Source: a phage. Taken from it: DNA of 64,000 nucleotides. Under the pieces are notes generated by a model that was not told the DNA's origin, ran no database searches, and saw only the letters and a program-made list of their open reading frames with translations. This document shows, one piece after another, positions 18,430 through 28,178 of the stretch (position 1 is the stretch's first letter; each line of letters starts with the position of its first letter). The stretch lies in the sequence record PZ386955.1, one strand, 5' to 3'. The translations under genes were made by a program, and so were the position numbers.

Positions 18430-19026
18430 TTACTCGAACCAATCGTCGCCAGCGCCAAACGCTTTAACTACATCGTAAATGTCAAGCCCAGCTTTACCCA
18501 CACCATACGCTTTCAGTTTCCATTCGCTATCTTCTCGCACCAGGGAGGCAACGTGGCAAATGGTGTTACCTGCAAGTTCTGGAGCCAAGAAGTCAAAGTC
18601 CAGCAGTTCAACATTACGTTCATCATCGAAGATTTTAAGGAAACCTTCGGTAGCGTGACCAAGGCGTTTCTTACCCGTTTCGTCATCAATAGTAATTACG
18701 AATGCAATTTCCTGTGCTTCAGCAGAGATATTATCCAGTGTAACATCAATCTGCTCCATCTGTCCTACACCATCACGAACATCTTCACCTGCAAAAGTAG
18801 AACGTTCAGGATCAAATTTCTGCGCGTAGCACACCAGGTGACGAGGAGACAACAGTTCCGGCAGACCAGATGCATTGTGTCGGCAAATCAGAGCACTAAC
18901 ATCCAGATCCAGTTTTTCGTTAGATTTCCAAGAGAATTCCAGACGAATGCGTTTCAGTGCTGGTGCAATCTTTTTCAGAGAAACTTTTTCGCTAGAACCT
19001 TTTTTCAGGGAAATTTTCTGAGTCAT
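18430..19026 (-). CDS. TerD-family protein
   Basis: Blocks ISLKKGSSEKVSLKK, LDLDVSALIC, AGEDVRDGVGQMEQIDVTL, IAFVITIDD, SEWKLKAYGVGKAGL align with E. coli TerD blocks. Confidence 0.85.
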   Translation of the reverse strand: MTQKISLKKGSSEKVSLKKIAPALKRIRLEFSWKSNEKLDLDVSALICRHNASGLPELLSPRHLVCYAQKFDPERSTFAGEDVRDGVGQMEQIDVTLDNISAEAQEIAFVITIDDETGKKRLGHATEGFLKIFDDERNVELLDFDFLAPELAGNTICHVASLVREDSEWKLKAYGVGKAGLDIYDVVKAFGAGDDWFE

Positions 19027-19098
19027 AATTTATTATCTCCTTTGTTGTTAATTTACGTTGTCTATTTTACTAATCTTTTCTACAAAGTCAAGCGTTTT

Positions 19099-19893
19099 TT
19101 ACGCTTTTGCTCCAAATTTTTTAACCCACTCACCAAACTCTTCGGATAGCAGTTTATCGTAAAGTTCTTCGTCAGACAAGGACAAATCTGCAATACCGAT
19201 AAAATCAACATTATCGTATTCTTTTGCCAAGTCTTTCAGGAATTTAAAGTTTGCATTACCTACACCAACCATAAACCAGTAAACAGGCGTATTGCGGTGT
19301 TTGTTCAGTAAGCTACGTACTGCTGAAGTATCCATGTTCTCCCCGTCAGTTTGGAAGAAAATCATTGCAGGAGTACGATCAACTTGTGCATCAGTATCTA
19401 CAACCTGTTCTACAACAGTACGTGTTACTTCTACAAGTTCTTTTTTACCAGTTAGTTTAGCAAGGAAACCTTTAGCCGGAACTTCTTCATACTCAACGAC
19501 TTCGCGTGTAATATTTTTCATAGGTACACTACCGAAGTATGTATCATAGATCTCTTGCATTACTGGAGCATAAGCAGTACCACCGTTGATGCAAACATTA
19601 GACATGCAAGAGCCGACATAATCATCATACACATCAGCCGTTGCAGGAGGCAGTTCAAAAGAAGAACTATTGAAAGCCCACATGTCAATCTGTGCATTAT
19701 CATCAAACTTCATACCAAACGGCAGCAGTTTACCTACAAAATCGCTAACAGTGCCATCACGATACAGCTCACACATACTACCCGAAATATCTAAGGCGCT
19801 ACCTACACGAAGAACAACATCGTTAATCTTTTTCTTACGCAGGGATACAGTAAGAGTTTCTTGACGTTTTTTAAGACTGATTTTATTGGACAT
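19099..19893 (-). CDS. von Willebrand factor A (vWA) domain protein, TerY-like
   Basis: MIDAS-type DISGSM motif. Confidence 0.5.
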   Translation of the reverse strand: MSNKISLKKRQETLTVSLRKKKINDVVLRVGSALDISGSMCELYRDGTVSDFVGKLLPFGMKFDDNAQIDMWAFNSSSFELPPATADVYDDYVGSCMSNVCINGGTAYAPVMQEIYDTYFGSVPMKNITREVVEYEEVPAKGFLAKLTGKKELVEVTRTVVEQVVDTDAQVDRTPAMIFFQTDGENMDTSAVRSLLNKHRNTPVYWFMVGVGNANFKFLKDLAKEYDNVDFIGIADLSLSDEELYDKLLSEEFGEWVKKFGAKA

Positions 19894-19894
19894 A

Positions 19895-20164
19895 TTATTT
19901 CTCCTTTCTGACTGTAATGTTAGTAACTTCTAAATCCACTTCTACCACTTCTGTATCATATAAAATACAGTTAAGTTGACCTCTTTGTGAACCGTTAAGA
20001 CACATTGCTTGGTTTGTATTAACCTTAATAAACACTAAGTTTCTGAACGTATCTAAACCAGCATCTTGATAGGCAACATAATATACGAATGTATCACCTG
20101 TGTCAAGTTCTCCAAAACATTTAGGTTCATCTGATTTGTCGTCTTTGATATTAAATTTAAGCAC
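19895..20164 (-). CDS. hypothetical protein
   Basis: 89-aa ORF. Confidence 0.45.
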   Translation of the reverse strand: MLKFNIKDDKSDEPKCFGELDTGDTFVYYVAYQDAGLDTFRNLVFIKVNTNQAMCLNGSQRGQLNCILYDTEVVEVDLEVTNITVRKEK

Positions 20165-20720
20165 TGTCTTCTCCTTTACCTGCTCTCAAGCCTAAATAGA
20201 AAGCCTCTCTAGTGATTTTTTGCAACTCGTTTAAAGAGATAGTTACAACTAAATCATCTTCAATTTCTAGCTTTGAGTCTTCTTCTGTCTCAATGCAAGT
20301 ATTATGCACTTTGTGGTAAGGATTGTCAACACGTTTAAATTTATTATTTTCAGTGCTGAAGAAGCAATCTGGATCTTCTTCTCCATCACCCCAACCCTGG
20401 TTAGGGTCTTCTTCAGATCTTTCTGTTGGGATCTCACCTGTAAAGTGTTCTTCTAATACCAGAGCAATCCCATCTCCAAGATCGGAAGAGAACATCAAAT
20501 TACAAACTTCTTCCCAAGGCATAGACCACTTGAATCTTTTACGATTGCCATGTTTATCTTCTTCGTTAGAGAAAACACTACCATAGCTATCATAATTCCC
20601 ATACATCTCTTCGACAACCTTACCACCTTTCAAAAGAAATAGGTAGCAAGGAGAGCCATCGAAAGAGGTAGAAAGAGCAGCATTACCAGACTCTTTGCAC
20701 AAGAAACTAAAACACCCCAT
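20157..20720 (-). CDS. hypothetical acidic protein
   Basis: 187-aa ORF. Confidence 0.45.
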   Translation of the reverse strand: MGCFSFLCKESGNAALSTSFDGSPCYLFLLKGGKVVEEMYGNYDSYGSVFSNEEDKHGNRKRFKWSMPWEEVCNLMFSSDLGDGIALVLEEHFTGEIPTERSEEDPNQGWGDGEEDPDCFFSTENNKFKRVDNPYHKVHNTCIETEEDSKLEIEDDLVVTISLNELQKITREAFYLGLRAGKGEDSA

Positions 20721-20920
20721 TATACACCAGCCTTAAGATCAATTAAAGCCAAAGTTGTTTCAGAGTGTGTTTGCTCGTCTACAGGTGCAGTCATATGATA
20801 ATACAAAAAATCTTCGGCATCATACCAATCTGATTCTTGACCTTGTTTCCAACCATCAATGAAAGCATCTTCCATAATGGTTTGCAATTCTTCACGAGTT
20901 AAGTGAATATCTTTACTCAT
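20720..20920 (-). CDS. hypothetical protein
   Basis: 66-aa ORF. Confidence 0.4.
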   Translation of the reverse strand: MSKDIHLTREELQTIMEDAFIDGWKQGQESDWYDAEDFLYYHMTAPVDEQTHSETTLALIDLKAGV

Positions 20921-21126
20921 TACACATTCTCCTCTTTTACCAATTCCATCGTTGAACTATCAAAACCATCTTTAGAAGAATAGGTATAGACAGAACGTAG
21001 TTCTCGCAGGACAGTGAATACATTGGGATCATCTAACCAAGCATCCTGGAGGAGAACATAACGATCTTCATTGTCGTACTGGACAGCAATCATAGAACCA
21101 GACAGTTTGTAAATTTTAATATTCAT
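20920..21126 (-). CDS. hypothetical protein
   Basis: Start set at ATG 21126 with AAGGAG SD. Confidence 0.4.
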   Translation of the reverse strand: MNIKIYKLSGSMIAVQYDNEDRYVLLQDAWLDDPNVFTVLRELRSVYTYSSKDGFDSSTMELVKEENV

Positions 21127-21139
21127 AATATATTTCTCC

Positions 21140-22243
21140 TTAAAGTAGACCACGTTTAACAGTTTGAATCATACCATCTTCAAGAGATTGCACTTCTTGA
21201 ATGTAATCAATACGCGCAGCACGGGCTTCAGTGTTGATTCGGTTAGTTTCTTCCAACATTTTAACTAAGTTTTCTTGATCGCGACGTAATGTTTCAATAT
21301 CCAATACTTGACGATTAGCAAGTTGTGTAGCTTCAATTTGGTTTTGTGCAGCCAGATCACTACCCATTGCAATAGCAGCATTAAATTCATTCAGCACATT
21401 GTTCTGTGTATCGGCTGCTTTCTTCTGGCGTAGACTTTCAATATACATAGAAAAGTTTGCAGAGTAAGCAGGGATAACATTATTCACAATATTACGGGCT
21501 GATCGCATCAAACTTGCAGATACTTTCTGCATACTTTGTACCCGTGGCCCCATCTGAACACACAGTAAACGCAAGGCTTTCAGGTCTGCAATACGAATTT
21601 CAAGCAGATCCATAGTATCACGAGTACGTTGACGCTCTTCTACTTCATTTTCAGGTAGTGTATTAAGGCGAACTTCTTCTTTTTCATAAGTAGCTGTTAG
21701 AAGCTCTATATCCCTGTTTAAGCTAAGAGCATATTTTGCAATAGCCTCTTCTAAACGTTGCAGATATCGTAAAGAATCTTCTTCTTTTTTCAAGTCTGTT
21801 TGTAGTGTCTTTACCAAACCTTCAATACGGTTATTGATGGTGTCAAATTCTCCAAACAAATCTTCTTTCATACCTAATACTTTCTTAACTAGTTTACCTA
21901 AGCCTTTAGATTGTTTAATAGAGTTAGGATCAAGTTGCTTTGCTTGCTTAATAAGTGCAGTTAAACGTTCACTCATTTCATCCCCCTGAGATGAACGCTG
22001 GTGTTTAAGCACTTCAGCATTAAGGTTACGAAGAGTAAGTCCTGCATCAGCACCAACTTGTTCAATCTCTTCACGAGACATTGGAGGCAGCATTTGTACA
22101 GGTCGTGCAACAGCAGGGGCATATACAGGGCTTGCATCCATAGCACTTGGAGCAAACAAAGACTTACTTTTTTCTGTTGTTGCCGTGAATACACTCATTT
22201 CAGACGGTTTGCTTTTTACGGCACTGATAAAAGGACTGGACAT
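21140..22243 (-). CDS. coiled-coil protein, possibly TelA-like (toxic anion resistance family)
   Basis: 367 aa, helical/coiled-coil composition, size and Ter-gene context; no diagnostic motif confirmed. Confidence 0.35.
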   Translation of the reverse strand: MSSPFISAVKSKPSEMSVFTATTEKSKSLFAPSAMDASPVYAPAVARPVQMLPPMSREEIEQVGADAGLTLRNLNAEVLKHQRSSQGDEMSERLTALIKQAKQLDPNSIKQSKGLGKLVKKVLGMKEDLFGEFDTINNRIEGLVKTLQTDLKKEEDSLRYLQRLEEAIAKYALSLNRDIELLTATYEKEEVRLNTLPENEVEERQRTRDTMDLLEIRIADLKALRLLCVQMGPRVQSMQKVSASLMRSARNIVNNVIPAYSANFSMYIESLRQKKAADTQNNVLNEFNAAIAMGSDLAAQNQIEATQLANRQVLDIETLRRDQENLVKMLEETNRINTEARAARIDYIQEVQSLEDGMIQTVKRGLL

Positions 22244-22311
22244 TCAATTTCCTCCATATTCTTTAGTAGATGGTGATACCTCTGTACCACCATCATAACA
22301 CAAATTAAGTA

Positions 22312-23163
22312 TTAAACAAACATATCTAAATAATTTGTAGTAATAAATGCTCCATCTGCTTCCAGATTAACATAACCAGTAGCATTAGTGGTTAAGAAAT
22401 CCAGATCGAAGGACTCTTTAACACCCCGTACCTCAACACGAGAGATATCGAATACAGGTAGTGTAACAGCCTCTTCGTGCAATACCGTACCTTTGTAGGT
22501 TGCCTTAATGATAAACTTGATATTACCCGTTCCAGCATCATACAAAACACTTTCAAACCCTTTGAGAGTATACTTATCACCAGAAGTGAAGTGCAAAGTT
22601 GCTTTGTTTACAGTACGTTTCTTACGAGGAGTTCCTTTCACACGTTTATGATCACTACGTTTTTTGTATTTAGGAATGAATACAAACGATACATTGTGAA
22701 GAAAGGTATCAACATCAAGGATTTTAATATCCTCTGTTGCAGCAAATTTTGAAGTTGTTGCATCAAAATGCTTTTCCCTGCGATCATACATAAAGATATC
22801 AAACCGATCTTCTAAATCAAACAAATTATGTATTTTAATTTCAGAATGCTTGCGCATTGCAGCAACCTTGAACTCTTCAAAACGTGGGTGTTCTACAAGT
22901 TCTTCAAGTTTTACACCAAAGACAGTATATTGCTTCGGAGTTTTTTCTGGTGTTGGCATTACAGAAGCATAATCCCCGATTGCGCTCTTAAAGCAAAATT
23001 GTTCTTGACCTGTATTTTTACCAACGAATTTACAGTATTCGTCATCGTGCATACTTTCCTGGGTAGTACCAACAAACTCAAAACCATCTTTATTCTTCTC
23101 AAGAATTTCTTGATTAAAGATCCAACCTTCCAGGCGATACACTTTACCAACTTCTAGTTTCAT
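22312..23163 (-). CDS. hypothetical protein
   Basis: 283-aa ORF. Confidence 0.5.
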   Translation of the reverse strand: MKLEVGKVYRLEGWIFNQEILEKNKDGFEFVGTTQESMHDDEYCKFVGKNTGQEQFCFKSAIGDYASVMPTPEKTPKQYTVFGVKLEELVEHPRFEEFKVAAMRKHSEIKIHNLFDLEDRFDIFMYDRREKHFDATTSKFAATEDIKILDVDTFLHNVSFVFIPKYKKRSDHKRVKGTPRKKRTVNKATLHFTSGDKYTLKGFESVLYDAGTGNIKFIIKATYKGTVLHEEAVTLPVFDISRVEVRGVKESFDLDFLTTNATGYVNLEADGAFITTNYLDMFV

Positions 23164-23198
23164 CTGTTTCTCCTTCTTATTTAATCTGTATTAAATTA

Positions 23199-23789
23199 TT
23201 AACGACGACGTGAGCTACTAAAACTACGTTTCGACGAAGAATAACTTTTCGAAGACTTACTATAAGAGCTAATAGGGCTTGAGTAAGACTTACGAGCAGA
23301 GTAATTACTATTCACTTTTGTTGTTGATGGGCGTGAATACGTTTGTACACTTTGCTGCTTAATTGTGTTTTGTTTAGTGGTTGTATATGTATTCCCTTGT
23401 TTATCATAAAAACTATGCTTTTGTGTTGTATATGCTTTACTGTTAGTTATAGGAGCAGCGTTGTTATTAATAATTGTTGTGCTGCTACCACCATCCCTAT
23501 AACCACCACCGCCACTATTACCACTCAACATATGACCAAGAAGCATACCTGTAGCGAACTCACCTACGCCAGAAGAACCACTGCCGCCTCCTTGAACAAC
23601 AACTGTTGAAGGTTGTGCAGGTGCTGCTTGAACAACTTGAGGTGCAGGTTGATTTACATATTGCTCATCTACCATCTGATTTGGTGTTTGTTGGTAACGT
23701 TGATTTTGTACATTTTCAGAATCATCACAACCTACCAGCAATACACTACCTAAAACAACTGCAACAATAAAAGATTTAATGTTTTTCAT
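23199..23789 (-). CDS. putative lipoprotein with Gly-rich and Ser/Tyr/Lys-rich regions
   Basis: Signal peptide ending LLVGC (lipobox-like); start at ATG 23789 with SD. Confidence 0.5.
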   Translation of the reverse strand: MKNIKSFIVAVVLGSVLLVGCDDSENVQNQRYQQTPNQMVDEQYVNQPAPQVVQAAPAQPSTVVVQGGGSGSSGVGEFATGMLLGHMLSGNSGGGGYRDGGSSTTIINNNAAPITNSKAYTTQKHSFYDKQGNTYTTTKQNTIKQQSVQTYSRPSTTKVNSNYSARKSYSSPISSYSKSSKSYSSSKRSFSSSRRR

Positions 23790-23995
23790 TTGTAACCCTC
23801 TCATTTAAAGTCTCAACACAATTTTTAAAATCCCTAGAGAAACAATACATCTGTTCTCCGTTCCTGTTGATAGTAATTGTATGGTTATCAATATATGTTG
23901 TCAAGATAAAAATCAAACAAAACAACCCTAGAGCAAAACAAATATTTTCAAACAGAATCCAAAGAACACGTAAAACCACCATCAGATCACCTCAA

Positions 23996-24018
23996 CAAAG
24001 CCCCCGAAGGGGCTTAAT
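23996..24018 (-). terminator. rho-independent terminator
   Basis: Hairpin AAGCCCCTTCGGGGGCTT followed by TTTGTT on minus strand, downstream of TerC-family gene. Confidence 0.6.
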
Positions 24019-24021
24019 GAA

Positions 24022-24999
24022 TTAAGCAACAGTCTGGTCTTCTTTTTCAGGGAAGATTAAACTTGCAATAACACCCAACCCAAGAGTACCTAACACGATA
24101 TACATACTGATCGTCGGGTCAATGTGTGCTGGCAGGAAACTCATTTTTGCGTGCAGAGTTTCTGCAAACGGATGATACATCAGTTTTACACCCACAAACA
24201 CCAAGACTACGATAACTGCTTTCTCCAGATGAACCAAATACTTCAGTGCAACACTAAGAACAAAGAACAGAGCACGTAAACCTAAGATTGCACAGAGCAT
24301 CGAAGAGAACACCAGCAGAGGTTCTTGTGTCACTGCAATTACTGCTGGAACAGAGTCTACTGCAAAGATTACGTCAACCATTTCCATTACAAACACACAA
24401 ACCAGAGCCGGAGTTGCTACACGAACACCATTTTTGATTGTGAAGAACTTCTCACCATCCATCTGATCAGATACAGGGAACAGCTTACGAACAATGCGAG
24501 TAGCCCAGTGTTTAGAGTAATCAACTTCTGCATCATTATCTCCAGCGAATACCATTTTAGCCGCACAGAAAAGGATGACAGCACCGAAGAAGATATTAAC
24601 ATACCAGCCCAAACTCAACAAGTAAGTGCCTACTGCTACAAACACACCTCGGAAGACAATCGCACCTGCAATACCCCAAAGTAGAATCTTGTGTTGTAAG
24701 TGTGTGCTTTTAATACCAAAACTTGCGAATACTGCCACAAATACTACTAAGTTATCTACAGAAAGAGATTTCTCCAACACATACCCACTCAAGAACAAGC
24801 TCGCAAAATCAGCACCGTGTTGGAAGTATACAAAACCATAGTAGGCTAATGATACTCCAATCCAGAAAATTGACCAGCCAATTGCAGATTTAAATGAAAT
24901 TTCTTTGTTTTCTCTGTGTCCAAAGAAGTCAATACAAATCGACAAGACTAAAATACCCACTAAAACAACCACATCAATAATTGGGAAACCCAGTTGCAT
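24022..24999 (-). CDS. TerC-family integral membrane protein
   Basis: Multi-pass hydrophobic; YVLEKSLSVDNLVVF matches TerC signature. Confidence 0.75.
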   Translation of the reverse strand: MQLGFPIIDVVVLVGILVLSICIDFFGHRENKEISFKSAIGWSIFWIGVSLAYYGFVYFQHGADFASLFLSGYVLEKSLSVDNLVVFVAVFASFGIKSTHLQHKILLWGIAGAIVFRGVFVAVGTYLLSLGWYVNIFFGAVILFCAAKMVFAGDNDAEVDYSKHWATRIVRKLFPVSDQMDGEKFFTIKNGVRVATPALVCVFVMEMVDVIFAVDSVPAVIAVTQEPLLVFSSMLCAILGLRALFFVLSVALKYLVHLEKAVIVVLVFVGVKLMYHPFAETLHAKMSFLPAHIDPTISMYIVLGTLGLGVIASLIFPEKEDQTVA

Positions 25000-25076
25000 T
25001 CTTTTCTCCTCTTTAATGCGGAGGACAATCCTCCGCTCTATGTCTTATACTATAAACTGTTTTTAAAGAAAGTCAA

Positions 25077-25325
25077 CTAGTTCAGTTCTGTAATTTTAAG
25101 TTTATCTTCTTTGTTAATGATAGGGAAAGCTACAGCATCACCTACATCATCAATAAAGCAAATAGCAAGACCACCTTCCACTTTGCTAACCTGACCATTA
25201 AAGGCATGATACGGGGCAGGAACTTCATCTCCATCTTCAATGAGAATAGCCTCGTAAACCTTGCCGATAGTACAATCACGGGTGTTTATAAATTTTTCAA
25301 GCACTTCAACATTTACTTTACGCAT
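25077..25325 (-). CDS. hypothetical protein
   Basis: 82-aa ORF. Confidence 0.45.
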   Translation of the reverse strand: MRKVNVEVLEKFINTRDCTIGKVYEAILIEDGDEVPAPYHAFNGQVSKVEGGLAICFIDDVGDAVAFPIINKEDKLKITELN

Positions 25326-25339
25326 ATAAAGATCCTCTC

Positions 25340-25546
25340 TTATTTGTTAGATTGAAAGATACCACGGAGTACCGCAAGAATGAACGTCACACAGACTACA
25401 CTCCAAAACGTTACAGGAACATGATGCCAGTCTAAGCCGATAATGTCAATCATATAATTGTATGCTAAAAGCAGTAGCCAACTAGGGATTAACACAATCA
25501 AGAACACAACAATAAAACAACCTAATACTGCTAAAACACCTGCCAT
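25340..25546 (-). CDS. small membrane protein
   Basis: 68 aa, two hydrophobic segments. Confidence 0.4.
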   Translation of the reverse strand: MAGVLAVLGCFIVVFLIVLIPSWLLLLAYNYMIDIIGLDWHHVPVTFWSVVCVTFILAVLRGIFQSNK

Positions 25547-25555
25547 ACTTTCTCC

Positions 25556-26272
25556 TTATTTCAGTTTGTAAACAATTACATTTAAACCTTTGTTTACTAG
25601 AGTTTCTTCGATCATAAGTTTTACAATATTCCAAGAACCTCCAGCCAAACCACAACCAAGCATTGGTAAACCTACAATTTTACCGCCTGAAGATACAACA
25701 TCGTCTCCCATACTATCTAGCGCATTGTAGATAGCTTCATAATTCAGGTCACGCTTACCTTCCTCACGACGACTATAACCATATTGTCCATATAAATTAT
25801 AAATTGTCAAATTGTTTTCTGTATATTTGGTAAACGTACCTAATTTTTTATAATCACCACGTTTAGTGGCACAATCTGCTTTAAACGCACCAGGCCACTT
25901 GCTTTTAATTTTTGGTGCAATACCACTACCCATAGTGCAAAAACAGTTACAGCAGTGTGCTATAGCGTCTATATCGCCTCTCTCGGCTGCTGCTAAAAGA
26001 TCACCGTATACCTCAATGATACCTGCTGGATAACTTGTTACAATTTCATCTTCCCAGTACATTTTCTCTACACCACCGATCAGTGCAAAGTTTTGTGTAA
26101 TGCGATCATCAATATAGTTAAGACCTGAAACATACACAGCGTATTCATCCTGTGCTGTAATACCTTGCACACGAATTCTTAAGACACCATCTTTATCTGT
26201 TGCTACACGCCCAAAATCTTTTTCTGTAATATTGGTGATAGGATCTCCGAAAGTCATTACTTTATTAGACAT
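25556..26272 (-). CDS. macro-domain protein (ADP-ribose binding/processing)
   Basis: DIDAIAHCCNCFCTMGSGIAPKI and IVGLPMLGCGLAGGSW resemble macro blocks; start at ATG 26272 with SD. Confidence 0.55.
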   Translation of the reverse strand: MSNKVMTFGDPITNITEKDFGRVATDKDGVLRIRVQGITAQDEYAVYVSGLNYIDDRITQNFALIGGVEKMYWEDEIVTSYPAGIIEVYGDLLAAAERGDIDAIAHCCNCFCTMGSGIAPKIKSKWPGAFKADCATKRGDYKKLGTFTKYTENNLTIYNLYGQYGYSRREEGKRDLNYEAIYNALDSMGDDVVSSGGKIVGLPMLGCGLAGGSWNIVKLMIEETLVNKGLNVIVYKLK

Positions 26273-27122
26273 AATAATCCCCTTTAACATTAGATTTGTT
26301 GATAATGTTGCTTTCAAAAAATTGACGTAGGAAATCAAAGTTCTCTTTGTATTTTTCAATGTTATTGTAACCTTCTGCAAGGCAACCAAAGAACAGTTGT
26401 TCTACATAATACAAAGGAAGTTGTGAAAGTGCAATTTTAAAATCAACTTCGCTTTGACTCATTAGATACTTAATAGGACGAACCAAACATTTAGCATCAG
26501 TTTCTTGCTTAATCATTTTAATAAAAGCTGCCAGATTATTGATATAGTTGAAGTTAAGTGCAGCTTCGGTATTGGCTTCTGTACCTTCATACTTTGCAAA
26601 GTACAGGAAAAACGTATCGTTTTCAACACCTTCTTTGTCTAAAATTTCAATAAGTTTTTCTTCGTGCGTTCCTGTAATATTAACATCATCAATGAAAATC
26701 AGAGTTTTATTACCCCAGAAATCACGATTGATAGAGAAAGTGTCACCATCGATCAAAGCCTTACGATCTTCTTTGCTAAGAAATCCATAATCATTGATAT
26801 AGCTCACTTTACGATGAACGATATCCCACTCCACTGGTTTACCACCTTTGATAGAGATTAGGTAGTTGAGGTGATCTACAAAATGTTCAGATAACACTGT
26901 AGCTGCATTTTTCACATAGTTATATGGAGATGGAATAACAACAAAACTTTCATTTACCAGTCGTTCTTCATACTTAGAAAAGAAACTTTCAGCCAGAATG
27001 CGCCCCATTCTTTTTGCTGCCTGGTTACTACCAAACTTTAGCTTGGAATAATCTGCAATGTTAAATTTTGCTTCCTTCAGGTTAGTAAAAGTATTAGCAA
27101 AATGTTGAATTTGATTACGCAT
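26265..27122 (-). CDS. phosphoribosyltransferase-like protein
   Basis: KTLIFIDDVNITGT resembles type I PRTase PRPP-binding motif. Confidence 0.4.
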   Translation of the reverse strand: MRNQIQHFANTFTNLKEAKFNIADYSKLKFGSNQAAKRMGRILAESFFSKYEERLVNESFVVIPSPYNYVKNAATVLSEHFVDHLNYLISIKGGKPVEWDIVHRKVSYINDYGFLSKEDRKALIDGDTFSINRDFWGNKTLIFIDDVNITGTHEEKLIEILDKEGVENDTFFLYFAKYEGTEANTEAALNFNYINNLAAFIKMIKQETDAKCLVRPIKYLMSQSEVDFKIALSQLPLYYVEQLFFGCLAEGYNNIEKYKENFDFLRQFFESNIINKSNVKGDYYV

Positions 27123-27771
27123 TAATAAGTTCCTCTTTTTTAAGTTTAGCCAACAAGTCTTCTGGATTAATAATATGACAGAACTTCATCCCTATGTCAA
27201 CAGCTTTTCCATCATAAATCAAACTATCTCCAACGTGTAAAATCTCCTCTGGTGCAAGATCAAACGTCACCATTTCATCAAAAGAGAGTTTAAAAAACCT
27301 AGGATCTGGTTTACACAAGCAAAACTCGTCAGAAAAATGCATAAAGTCGAATGGTAATTTTGTTAAACCAGAATATACAGCTAAGAAACTACCTGGTACA
27401 AAATTAGTATTGCTCTTAATACTCAAAGAATAGGTTGAACTTAGCTCTTCCAACTTCTTGCAAAGTTCAGGATTCAATGTTGGAGGATGTTTTATAAACA
27501 TTGCTAAACAGTCTCTTTTTAACCCATCCACTTTATCAAGATCAATGTTCAAACGAGTAGAAAGTGTAACCCAAGCATCCTTAGACGTTCCACAAATGCC
27601 TTTTTCTGCTTTTAAATCCAAGAGGGTTTTTACCTCTTTATATACGGTAGCTGCTTCTACCTCAGAACAAGAGGCATACTCGGCAATGACCTTGTTGCGC
27701 TCTTCTGCATACAAAGGGTTAGCAGTAATAAGAGTATTCCATACATCAAAAGAAATATGCTTAACAGTCAT
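27115..27771 (-). CDS. HAD-superfamily hydrolase
   Basis: FDVWNTLI (motif I-like), CKPDPRFF (motif III), HVGDSLIYDG (motif IV); GGAGGA SD before ATG 27771. Confidence 0.5.
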   Translation of the reverse strand: MTVKHISFDVWNTLITANPLYAEERNKVIAEYASCSEVEAATVYKEVKTLLDLKAEKGICGTSKDAWVTLSTRLNIDLDKVDGLKRDCLAMFIKHPPTLNPELCKKLEELSSTYSLSIKSNTNFVPGSFLAVYSGLTKLPFDFMHFSDEFCLCKPDPRFFKLSFDEMVTFDLAPEEILHVGDSLIYDGKAVDIGMKFCHIINPEDLLAKLKKEELINA

Positions 27772-27940
27772 TTTTAATCCTCCGTCCAAAAGAATATCAT
27801 CTGCTTAATTTTATTGATCTCTTGATGTAGTAACTTTCCAGCATGTGATTGATCTTTAATATTGACAGCAAGAATTTCAAGTTCCGTTAGTTTTTCTTGG
27901 ATAGCTTTATATTCATCATCTGTAAGCATTTTCTTCCCCT

Positions 27941-28144
27941 TTAGAATGGTAATCTTTGTATGTCACTTATACCCACACCAAGAAGTCTAGCAATATCCTT
28001 ATCTAAAAGCAACTCTTTTTGTTCTAAAATGTTAATCAGATCTCCTAATACTTCTTTAATGTCACGATCATTTTTAGCAACGTGACCACCTGCCGTATCA
28101 ACTTTATCTTTAAAAACAAAGTAATGATCCATAATACCCTCCAT
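27941..28144 (-). CDS. hypothetical protein
   Basis: 67-aa ORF. Confidence 0.4.
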   Translation of the reverse strand: MEGIMDHYFVFKDKVDTAGGHVAKNDRDIKEVLGDLINILEQKELLLDKDIARLLGVGISDIQRLPF

Positions 28145-28149
28145 ATAAA

Positions 28150-28175
28150 TAAAGGAGGCTTTCGCCTCCTTTTAT
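28150..28175 (-). terminator. rho-independent terminator
   Basis: Hairpin AAAGGAGGC(TTTC)GCCTCCTTT. Confidence 0.6.
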
Positions 28176-28178
28176 CAC

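Noticed and set aside
18403-19149. 248-aa plus-strand ORF antisense to the TerD-family gene; similar antisense ORFs at 2701-3021, 8616-8927, 24325-24684 and 44307-44789
   Set aside because: Each lies entirely inside a longer opposite-strand gene with recognisable motifs; low-complexity translations with no SD; treated as spurious.
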